This document shows positions 16,220 through 25,200 of a stretch of 64,000 nt of DNA, piece by piece. Under the pieces are notes generated by a model. That model did no database searches, had not been told where the DNA came from, and worked only from the letters and a program-made list of their open reading frames with translations. Each line of letters starts with the position of its first letter. Positions within the stretch are counted from its first letter, which is position 1. The position numbers were made by a program, and so were the translations under genes. Origin of the DNA: Eubacteriales bacterium (GTDB taxonomy: Bacteria > Bacillota > Clostridia > Oscillospirales > CAG-272); NCBI GenBank assembly GCA_045589435.1, contig JAZNPB010000140.1, forward strand, positions 1,428 through 65,427, written 5' to 3'.

Positions 16220-16651
16220 ATGAGTATTTTCAACAAAACAAAAAAAGAAGCAAACGGTAATACCAAGGTTTGGGTTAACAAGAAGTCCAGAGTTCGCGTT
16301 GATAACGACCTTCGCTGGAACAAAATGTGGGATCTCTGGTGCGAGGGTAAAGTACCATCACCTTACGCTGATCTCATGTCTTACCAGAGCGACGTACATA
16401 CCATCGGCCATGCTAAATTCTTCGAGAAGATCGCTGCCGGCGACATGACAAAGACCCTCGCCTATATTTCAAAGATGCTCCCTGCTTCTATCAAGCTTCC
16501 CCTCCATGAGGCTTATCACGCATACAAGGTAAACGGCCCTGATGCAGAGGAAAACGGCGCATTCTTCGACCACTGCGACGAAGCTTTGTTTGCAAACGAA
16601 AAGGCTATTGACGATTTCCTTATGGAGTTTGCAAAGAACATTAAGATCTGA
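16220..16651 (+). CDS. hypothetical protein (143 aa)
   Basis: Start at ATG 16220 after AAAGGAGA. No family recognised with confidence. Confidence 0.5.
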   Translation: MSIFNKTKKEANGNTKVWVNKKSRVRVDNDLRWNKMWDLWCEGKVPSPYADLMSYQSDVHTIGHAKFFEKIAAGDMTKTLAYISKMLPASIKLPLHEAYHAYKVNGPDAEENGAFFDHCDEALFANEKAIDDFLMEFAKNIKI

Positions 16652-16653
16652 TA

Positions 16654-17526
16654 ATGCTATATCAGAAAATAGTAAAAAAAGAGCCCCTCCTCAAGGGCTG
16701 GTCAGGTGACAAAAAGTACAAAGTGACCACTGACGAGGGGCAGACTTTTCTATTGCGAATTTCTCCTAAAGAGCGGTTTGAAAACAGAAAAAAACTCTAT
16801 GAAATGCAAAAAGCCGTGGGGGAGCTTGAGGTGCCAATGTGCCACGCTGTGGAGTTTGGCTTATGCGATGAGGGGGTATACTCTCTTTTGGAATGGATCG
16901 ACGGCGATGATGCAGAAACGGTTATCCCCACCTTGCCTCTCTCCAAGCAATATGAGCTGGGACTTCGGGCGGGAGAGATCGTTCGCAAGATACACTCCAT
17001 CCCTGCGCCTGACGGAATACCCGATTGGGGCGAAAAAATGGGCAAGAAGATCGACGCAAAGATAAAGCTTTACGAGGAATGCCCGCTAAAACTCGAGGGT
17101 GGCGAATATATGCTGGATTACATAGCAAAAAACCGCCATCTGATCGTCGGACGTCCCCAATGCTTCCAGCACGGAGATTATCACATCGGAAACATGATGA
17201 TCAAGGATGGAGAACTGTATATTATCGACTTTGATCGATACGATTTCGGCGATCCATGGGAGGAATTTAACAGAGTTTGGTCGGCAGAGGCATCTGCTGA
17301 ATTTGCCAGAGGAACCATTGACGGCTATTTTGACGGTGAGGCTATTCCCGAAGAATTCTGGAGGCTGATACTGCTTTATATCTGCCGCAATATGCTCTCA
17401 TCTATTCCATGGGCAATACCGTTTGGAGATAAACAGGTGGAAGTAATGAGAAAGCAAGCAAAAAACATCCTCACCTGGTATAATAACATGACAACCGTGG
17501 TACCAAGCTGGTACAGAAAGGAATAA
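16654..17526 (+). CDS. aminoglycoside/small-molecule phosphotransferase (APH) family kinase
   Basis: Catalytic loop HGDYHIGNMM and IDFDRYDFGDPWEEF. Confidence 0.8.
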   Translation: MLYQKIVKKEPLLKGWSGDKKYKVTTDEGQTFLLRISPKERFENRKKLYEMQKAVGELEVPMCHAVEFGLCDEGVYSLLEWIDGDDAETVIPTLPLSKQYELGLRAGEIVRKIHSIPAPDGIPDWGEKMGKKIDAKIKLYEECPLKLEGGEYMLDYIAKNRHLIVGRPQCFQHGDYHIGNMMIKDGELYIIDFDRYDFGDPWEEFNRVWSAEASAEFARGTIDGYFDGEAIPEEFWRLILLYICRNMLSSIPWAIPFGDKQVEVMRKQAKNILTWYNNMTTVVPSWYRKE

Positions 17527-17528
17527 TA

Positions 17529-18260
17529 ATGAAAAGAAAAAACGAAAAATCACCAATGACGAAAAAGGAATACGTGACCTATCTCGTTTTGGGAGTAGGC
17601 TCTATCATTCTTTTCTTTGCGCCGTTAGTAACAGCTGCAATTCTTCAGGAGAACGGAGTCAGCTCCTCCATATACACTCCCATTGGTTTAGCTACTATTC
17701 CCTGCGCAATAATTTCTCTGGTCTTCCTGTTCGCAAACAATAAGAGGGCTACAGAATATGAGATAACAAGAAAGATCGATAAAATAGACCATCAAGAGGC
17801 AACGGTTATAGAAAACGTGTCGGAAGAAAAGTTAAAAGGCGCCCTTGCAGGTCAGAAATTTGAAGAAAGGGACGGATATTTCTACAAAAGAAAGTTCTCT
17901 TTGTCAAAGGACTACGTTAATTACTTTATCAGATTTTGCCATACTTCTGACGACGTTGCAAGCGATTTTGAGAGAGAAAACACCAGGATCGACTCTTTCG
18001 AATATAAGAACCAGAATATGTGCTTTATTTTGATAGATGTCGCTGAAAACGTCACAGAAGAAGACATAAATACCCTGCGCGATTTTAATAAAGTATTCAT
18101 GGTAGTGGAAGGCACTCTCCCATCACCACAGTTTAACAGCGCTGTATATATGCTGCTTGATAGCAACACGAAAAAGCTTTATTTATTTGAGATGGGAAAA
18201 ATGTCAATTTCAATTCATGCGCACGGCACTAACCTTATAAAGAAGCTGCAAAATAACTGA
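17529..18260 (+). CDS. hypothetical membrane-anchored protein
   Basis: Two N-terminal TM segments plus a roughly 160-aa soluble domain. No family recognised. Confidence 0.5.
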   Translation: MKRKNEKSPMTKKEYVTYLVLGVGSIILFFAPLVTAAILQENGVSSSIYTPIGLATIPCAIISLVFLFANNKRATEYEITRKIDKIDHQEATVIENVSEEKLKGALAGQKFEERDGYFYKRKFSLSKDYVNYFIRFCHTSDDVASDFERENTRIDSFEYKNQNMCFILIDVAENVTEEDINTLRDFNKVFMVVEGTLPSPQFNSAVYMLLDSNTKKLYLFEMGKMSISIHAHGTNLIKKLQNN

Positions 18261-18307
18261 TTTTGCAAATAATTGTTATCAAAACTATCCATTTTGGAGA
18301 TGAAAAT

Positions 18308-19237
18308 ATGAGTTATCTAGAATTCTTAAACGAAAACTTTGCTATAAGACGAAGCAAAAGTGAAAAGAAAGCGTTTCGGGACTACGTGATCTCGGAGATA
18401 GAAAAAAGGGGGCTTTCTGCTAAGGTGGAAACCACAGCAGACGGCAATAATGAAAACGTGATCGTAGGCGATCCTACCACTGCAAAGATAGTATTTTCTG
18501 CCCATTACGACACCCCTGCAAAATCCCTCTTCCCAAATATTATGATACCAAGAAATCAGCTTCTTTTCTGGTCTTATCAGTTTTTACCCATAATCTTTAT
18601 GCTGACTATTGGTCTTTCCCTTTCCTACCTCATCGGCATGGTTTGGTTAAAGGACGAGCGCGCCTATATGCTGACATTTCTCGCTATTTACTACTTTTTA
18701 TACTTTGCAATGTTTCGCGGAGCATCAAACCCAAAAAACTACAATGACAATACCTCCGGTGTCGCTACTCTGCTGTCTATAATCGAGGGGCTTTCAGAGG
18801 ACGATATGGACAAGGTTGCATTCATCTTCTTCGATAACGAGGAGCGTGGTAAGCGAGGCTCGAAAGCCTATTTTTACGATCACAAGGCAGATATGGAGGA
18901 TCGTTTGCTCCTGAATTTTGACTGCGTTGGAAACGGTAACACGGTAGTATTTATTGCCAAAGAAAAGGCAGAGACACGTGCTGAATATCAGGTGCTGAAA
19001 TCATGCTTTACCGCAAACGGTGATTACACCGCAGAGTTCTATCCCATGCGTGGCTCGGAGTCTAATTCCGACTACAAAAACTTCCCTGCCGGCATCGGCT
19101 GTATGGCGTGTAAGAAATCAAAAAAGGGACTTCTCTACACCCCCTATATCCATACGCCAAAGGATACCGAGGTAAGCGACGAGAATATACAGTATATAAC
19201 CAATGGTACCCTGAAATTCATAGGTGAAATCAAATGA
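18308..19237 (+). CDS. M28 family metallopeptidase with membrane insertion
   Basis: HYDTP, NTSGVATLL and FFDNEERGKRGS metal-ligand motifs. Start at ATG 18308 after GGAGA. Confidence 0.7.
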   Translation: MSYLEFLNENFAIRRSKSEKKAFRDYVISEIEKRGLSAKVETTADGNNENVIVGDPTTAKIVFSAHYDTPAKSLFPNIMIPRNQLLFWSYQFLPIIFMLTIGLSLSYLIGMVWLKDERAYMLTFLAIYYFLYFAMFRGASNPKNYNDNTSGVATLLSIIEGLSEDDMDKVAFIFFDNEERGKRGSKAYFYDHKADMEDRLLLNFDCVGNGNTVVFIAKEKAETRAEYQVLKSCFTANGDYTAEFYPMRGSESNSDYKNFPAGIGCMACKKSKKGLLYTPYIHTPKDTEVSDENIQYITNGTLKFIGEIK

Positions 19238-19896
19238 AATTAACAAAAGAGATGGTTCTTTCCGATGTAGCAGCACTTGGAAAAGGGCGAAAAACTGCCG
19301 ACATAGACAGGCTGATACGACGCTACGTAAGAGAAAAAGCCGATCCGTCAGCGCTCCGACCTCACATACTCGACCGGCAGGTGCTACATAGAATTTACTA
19401 TTACGTGGCGCTCTATCAGATCAATGATCCGAAAGACCGGGCAGAGTTTATTGACAGAAATCTGCTCTTTTCCGATTGGTGGCACACAGACCAAATTATA
19501 AAATTCGTAAGCGATCTCGATTTTAACCGTGCTCTCGAATATGCCAAGCGATACGTTGACAGCGATCATCCATTTATCCGCAGATGGGGTTACGTTATGT
19601 TCATATCAAAGATCTGCAGAAAAGAAGAAAATCTGGAAAAGATCCTTGAGCTTTTGAAAAACGACGATCATTACACTGTACAGATGGCTGAAGCTTGGCT
19701 GATATGCGAGCTTGCCGTATTCTTCCCCGAGAGGATGCTTTGCTGGTTTGGCGGAGAAAACAAGTTAAACTACAAGATAAATTCGAAGGCTATTCAAAAG
19801 ATCTGCGATTCTTTCAGGATCAGCGATGAAAACAAGGGACGCTTTCGCGCTATGCGACCTATCCTAAAAAACGGAGGAAATGCTAATGAATCCTAA
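19234..19896 (+). CDS. DNA alkylation repair (AlkD-like HEAT repeat) family protein
   Basis: Resembles PF08713-type proteins (WWHTDQI..., FIRRWGYVMF, YTVQMAEAWLICE). ATGA overlap with the upstream gene. Confidence 0.55.
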   Translation: MKLTKEMVLSDVAALGKGRKTADIDRLIRRYVREKADPSALRPHILDRQVLHRIYYYVALYQINDPKDRAEFIDRNLLFSDWWHTDQIIKFVSDLDFNRALEYAKRYVDSDHPFIRRWGYVMFISKICRKEENLEKILELLKNDDHYTVQMAEAWLICELAVFFPERMLCWFGGENKLNYKINSKAIQKICDSFRISDENKGRFRAMRPILKNGGNANES

Positions 19897-20521
19897 AATG
19901 AAAAATTACGAAAATCTCGCGGCAACTGTAATAAAAAACATGGAAAAGCGCGAGATGTGCGGCTACTATGCAAAAGATAAAAAGGAAGCACTTGAGGTGC
20001 TTCGCACTCTTATTCCCGAGGGAGCGTCCATTGGCTACGGTGGCTCCGTTACTCTTGGAGAGATCAGTGCGCTTTCAGCATTTGATAATGAAAAATACCG
20101 CCTCATAAAAAGAGAGGCGGCAAAGACCGAGGAGGAAACTAAGGAGGTATTCCGTGATATTCTTTTCTGTGATGCCTTTCTTATGAGCTCCAATGCCGTA
20201 AGCATTGACGGTCAGCTTATCAACGTTGACGGCAGAGGAAACCGCGTATGCTTCCTCGAATACGGTCCAAAGAGCGTTATTCTGATTTGTGGCATGAATA
20301 AGATCGTGCCAACGGTTGAAGCAGGTATACAGCGAATCAAGACTGTGGCAGCGCCTATGAATGCTGTTCGCCTTGACAGAAGCACCCCCTGCGCCACAAC
20401 GGGTATTTGCAGTGATTGTCAATCCCCCGACTGCATTTGCGCTAACACTGTAATAACCAGAAGATCCCACACTCCTGGAAGAATCAAAGTAATACTCGTT
20501 GGCGAGGAATTAGGTTATTGA
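19886..20521 (+). CDS. LUD-domain (lactate utilisation LutC/YkgG-like) protein with C-terminal Cys cluster
   Basis: GYGGSVTL..., NAVSIDGQLINVDGRGNRV, CSDCQSPDCIC. ATG 19886 has the better SD spacing. Confidence 0.65.
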   Translation: MNPKMKNYENLAATVIKNMEKREMCGYYAKDKKEALEVLRTLIPEGASIGYGGSVTLGEISALSAFDNEKYRLIKREAAKTEEETKEVFRDILFCDAFLMSSNAVSIDGQLINVDGRGNRVCFLEYGPKSVILICGMNKIVPTVEAGIQRIKTVAAPMNAVRLDRSTPCATTGICSDCQSPDCICANTVITRRSHTPGRIKVILVGEELGY

Positions 20522-20565
20522 TACCAAAATGAAAGGTTAAGTTTACTTTTTTAGGTGTTTTTGCT

Positions 20566-21411
20566 ATGAAACGACTTCTCATTGTTGACGGCATGAATCT
20601 GCATTTTCAAATGTTCTTCGGCATGCCGAGAAAAATATACAACGAAAATTCAATAGGAATATGGGGAGTTATCGGTTTTGTGGGAGCGCTGCGAAAGCTT
20701 ATACACTTAACCGAGCCCACCCACATTGCAGTTATTTTTGACGGGGAGGGACACAACCCGAGGTGCGATATTCTCGAGGAATATAAAGCCAACAGACCTG
20801 ATTATTCGCAAATGTCCGAGGAGGAGAATCCTTTTATTCAACTTCCTCTGGTTTACGAGGCTTTGGAGGCAATGAATATACCCTACTGCGAGGTTCACGG
20901 CTATGAATGTGATGACGTTATCGCCACGTATGCAAAGCGTTTTTCGGGAGAGTTTCAGGTGATTATTTCCTCTTTTGATAGTGACTATTTCCAGCTAATT
21001 TCCGACAATGTAAGTGTTATTCGCTACCGAGGTTTTTCATCCGTTATCTGTGACAGAGAGTATGTTCGCGAGCGTTACGGAATTGAACCTGAATACTATG
21101 CCGACATGAAAGCCATGGTGGGCGACACGGCAGATAACATTAATGGAGTCTATGGCATTGGGCCCAAGACTGCGGCAAGGCTTATTCTTGAATACGGAAC
21201 ACTTGCAGAGATCCTTTCAGATATAGAAAAAATCAAACCCGAGAAGCTCGGAGAAAAGATACGGGATAGCCGAGATATACTTCTTCTAAACTACACACTC
21301 ATCAAGCTTGATGACTGCGGAGTACTACCATTTGAGGTCGAGGAGCTTGTTTACGAACCTCAGCAAATAAAGACCATGGACGTTTTGCGAAAGATCGACC
21401 TTTTACCGTAG
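20566..21411 (+). CDS. 5'-3' exonuclease (FEN/Pol I N-terminal-like)
   Basis: LLIVDGMNL, YKANR, ECDDVIAT, DSDYFQL, and H3TH motif GDTADNINGVYGIGPKTAARL. Confidence 0.85.
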   Translation: MKRLLIVDGMNLHFQMFFGMPRKIYNENSIGIWGVIGFVGALRKLIHLTEPTHIAVIFDGEGHNPRCDILEEYKANRPDYSQMSEEENPFIQLPLVYEALEAMNIPYCEVHGYECDDVIATYAKRFSGEFQVIISSFDSDYFQLISDNVSVIRYRGFSSVICDREYVRERYGIEPEYYADMKAMVGDTADNINGVYGIGPKTAARLILEYGTLAEILSDIEKIKPEKLGEKIRDSRDILLLNYTLIKLDDCGVLPFEVEELVYEPQQIKTMDVLRKIDLLP

Positions 21412-21732
21412 AAGTGGTGATTTTCTTGATAATCAAGGTCATAAAAGATGAATTCATCGCCGTTTGGGACGGTGTTTTCTATAAAAAGCTCTCATGCTTC
21501 TCTACCGTCAGCGATTGGGCAATCTCTAGAGGACACACTCTCACCGCATATTAGCGAAGATCTTAGAGAAAAGGTGGTATATATACCTCACGATGGTGAA
21601 GATATTCGGGAATGAGTAAAAAAGCATGCTTCACCATTAAGTGGCAAAACACGAAAATTTGACAACAATTGTTCTCAAAAGTCAGGTTTTATTTGGACTT
21701 ACAGTAAAACTCAAAACTTTTTAATATCAAAA

Positions 21733-21763
21733 AGAGGCTTCAGATGAAGCCTCTTTTCTTTTT
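21733..21763 (-). terminator. bidirectional intrinsic terminator ending the giant-gene operon
   Basis: AGAGGCTTC-AGAT-GAAGCCTCT with T-runs on both strands. Confidence 0.65.
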
Positions 21764-21802
21764 ATGTCATGCAAGTAAATTGCATTTTTTGATAGGTTTG
21801 CA

Positions 21803-22189
21803 TTAAGCAGGACGGAACAGCTTTTGCGCAATTTCTCTTAAGAATCCTAAAACATCCAGATCGTATATCGTGATCACGCTATGGGCAATAAACAGACATA
21901 TTGCTATAACGGACAGTATGATAAGTACCTTTTGCCAGGTCTTAAGAATACGTCTTGAACCGTTGGGGTTAATGGTAGGCTTCCAGTCGTTAGGAGAGTA
22001 TCCCATTGTGTATCTACGGTAAGAAGCACTACGGTCGCCCGTGGCTTGAGCGTACTTTTTCATAAGACGCTCAAGCTTACGGTTAACTTCCAATCTCTGC
22101 TTTTCAAGCTTTTCAACCTCATCTCGTCTCGCGTTAATCATGTTAGAGGACGAAAGGTTTGAATCTTTATACTTTTTTAATTGTTTCAT
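21803..22189 (-). CDS. small C-terminally anchored coiled-coil protein (128 aa)
   Basis: TAAGGAGG RBS overlaps the giant gene stop (15-nt gap). Basic helical N-terminal part, one TM (VLIILSVIAICLFIAHSVITIY) and a 25-aa tail. Confidence 0.6.
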   Translation of the reverse strand: MKQLKKYKDSNLSSSNMINARRDEVEKLEKQRLEVNRKLERLMKKYAQATGDRSASYRRYTMGYSPNDWKPTINPNGSRRILKTWQKVLIILSVIAICLFIAHSVITIYDLDVLGFLREIAQKLFRPA

Positions 22190-22204
22190 ATTAACGCCTC
22201 CTTA

Positions 22205-25200
22205 TTACATTAACATAGATTTGATCTGGTCGATATAGGGTTTTACCATTGGATAGATCTTTTCATATACGCCATGTATCATGGTGAAGAGTTCATCTCC
22301 AAGAACAAGATATGCAGCGAGCAATACACCTGCACCGAGAAGTGCCACAAGACCTGCGATAGCAATGAAGTCGTGAGATGCATCAGGACCGTAGTAGTCG
22401 TTGAGAATTGCTCTCTTTCTACGTCTAATCTCTCTATCGATAAGCTTGTTGTTTCTACGAGCTTCCTTCATATCTCTCTTGATCTGTGAAGTTTCAGCAA
22501 TGCTGTTGCGCTCTTTTCTCAGTCTGTACTTGCAAAGGTCGATAGTTGCAAGTGCCTCAACCTTCGAGTCAAGCAAGCTGTTGAAGATATGGATCTTCTT
22601 TGCTCTGCCCTCGCCGAAGCCGGGAACAGTACGTTTAAGAGCGTCTGCCTTAGCCTTAAGCTTTCTTGCATGCTTCTTAGCAGCAGATACCTTGATATCA
22701 CGCCACTTTTCGCTATCAGAAACACCCGCGACGTCGCCAAGAGGTCCGCTGTAGATCGCATTAAGCTTGGAGTTAAGTTCATCTCTCTTCTTAAGCAGAT
22801 CGCTTACCTCGTAGATAATGCTGTTTACGCGCTTCTTCTTTGTATTATTATCGCCGTAAGGAGCGAGGTTGGTATCAGTTCTGAGAACTCTGTAATAACG
22901 CTTGTTATCGAAGCTCTCGAACTTGAGTGCCTTTGCCTTTTCCTTCTTAAGTGCTCTGAGTTTACGCTTGATAAATGCTTTTCTCTTATAGTTGTGAATG
23001 CTGTTCTTCGCAAACTTATAAGACATTATTTCTCTTTCACTCTCGAGAAGTGCCATCTCAAACTTGTAACGGTTTTCGATCAATGAAAGGTCATTCAGAT
23101 CCTCTTCATCGCATCTGTTAAGAAGCTTGATATCTGCTCGGTAACGATTTTCCTGATGGATACGGTTATCTTTCTTCTTTCTGCGTTTGCCCTTTCCTTC
23201 ATCTTTCTTAGGTTTATCGTTAGTGTCTTCGTTCTTCTTGTCACGTTTCTTGCCTTCGTGCTTCTTATCGCGAACTTTCTTTTCTTTCTTTGTTCTTCGC
23301 TTGTTGTCTTTCTCAGGCAATGCCTCGTTAGTTTCCGTATAGGTAATTCTCGTGAGATGCTCATATGCCTCACCAGCAAGAACTCTCTTAACAATACTCT
23401 TATCCGCAAGAGGAATATTGGAGTTTGTCATCTTGTTGTACTCTTTGACATAATCATTGTAGCATTTAATTTCTCTTGCAAGGATCTCTGCATTGGTTCT
23501 TGCGAGTTCCATAGCTTTAGAATAAACACAAACATTGATTCGCTCAATATAATTCTCACAGATTAAGCACTGATTATTAATCAACGCAATATGAGCTTTA
23601 ACCTTATCAGATGCCGATGTGTAAGAATCTCTCTTCTTCTTTGCATAGCTACGATCGAATTTGAGACGATTGATTTCTTTCTCTGACTCTTGGAGATGAC
23701 GAGTCATACCTCTGCCTGCAAGCACACCCATATTGCCCTTCTTGTACGGATCAATAAGAACGTCTACGATAGGCATATCGCCACGGATAACAATCTCAGT
23801 TCCATCATATGGTATAATGTTGTCCTTGAGCTTGTTTTTCACACCGCTTTCAACCTGGATATACATCTCGCTGCCGATTTCCTCATATACGAGAGGACGC
23901 TCGGGAATCTTATACTTATCCTTATCGATTATGTACTCGCTGTCGATCTCCTCGTAAACAAGAGGCTGTTCAGGCATCTTATACTTATCAGAATCAATAA
24001 TATGTGCACTATCAATCTCTTCGTACGGAAGAAGCTTATCATCGCTGAAGGTCTTATGTTCTGCTGCGCCAACCTTATGGGTCTTATCATGTCTTTCAGC
24101 AACATTGAACTTGCCCTTGCGCTTCTTACCGAAGACGGTTACGTACTCAGGTTCGCGATCTTCATCTTCCTCAACCTCGGGAATCTCTTCCGTGATCTTG
24201 TAAGAATTCTTGTTCTTTGCGGACTTAGTAGCCTTAGTCTTTGTGCCGTGTACAACTTCTTCATCAGGAATTGCGATAGGCTCAAATTCTTCTTCGTCCT
24301 CAATTTCAGCTGCCTTAGGATTAGGTGTTTCTAAGATCTTATAGCTTGTGTATGCAGCAGACTTATCAACGGGTTCTTCTACTGCCACGTCGGAATCGGG
24401 AGCAAGAACTGTGATCTCATCATCACCGAACGGTGCATCAGGATCAATAGGTGTAAGCTCTTCAAATTCTCCGGGCTGCTCATCAATAGTTCTGACGTTA
24501 AGGCTTTCAAGGAGTCTGTAAGATTTTGCCTTAGGAGCTTCAAGAACTTTGAAGTCGTCAGAAATTTCAGAAGTTACGGGAGTTTCCTCTGCGATAGCAG
24601 ATTCTTCCTCTGCAACAACCTCTGCCTTAGGCTCAATATCAGGACCGTGGTAGATAACGATAGGCTCGTCATCGATCACGTCTTCTGTGGAATCTTCCAC
24701 AGGATTTTCTCTTGCATCAATAACCTTTCTGCGAGACTCATCTATTACAATACCACGCTTTTCAGCCACAGGCTCGTCGGGAAGAACTGTTACGATCTCG
24801 TTATCATATACAACCTCTGGCTCTGCCTCAGATTCCTCTTCCTTAGCGGAGATAACCTTTGGAGCAGTTTCAACAAGAACGTATGTGTTGTTAGCCTTAG
24901 GTGCAGTGATAACTCTGGTTGCGGAGATGATAGTTTCGGAATCTTTAAGCTCGGATACAACCCTTGCAGGTTCATCAGCGATTTCTTCAACATCATCAAC
25001 AACTGTAACAACCTCGTCGCCTGTATGATCGGGAGCGTCGATTGTGAACATGTTGGATACTGCTTCTTCTGCAGAAGCTTCAGGCTCTGCCTTTCCGCCA
25101 ATAACAACGGTCTTGTTGCTATCCTCGGAGAGAACGTAGCCGGTAGCCTTAACAGTCTCTGTGGGTTCTTCTACTACTGCTGCGCTATGTTCTGTTGTTT

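Noticed and set aside
21412-21560. In-frame continuation after the exonuclease TAG stop (EVVIFLIIKVIKDEFIAVWDGVFYKK...), as possible read-through or a pseudogene/toxin remnant in the 390-bp gap.
   Set aside because: The exonuclease already ends at the family-typical position. The continuation stops after 48 codons, and no family is recognisable. Evidence is insufficient.
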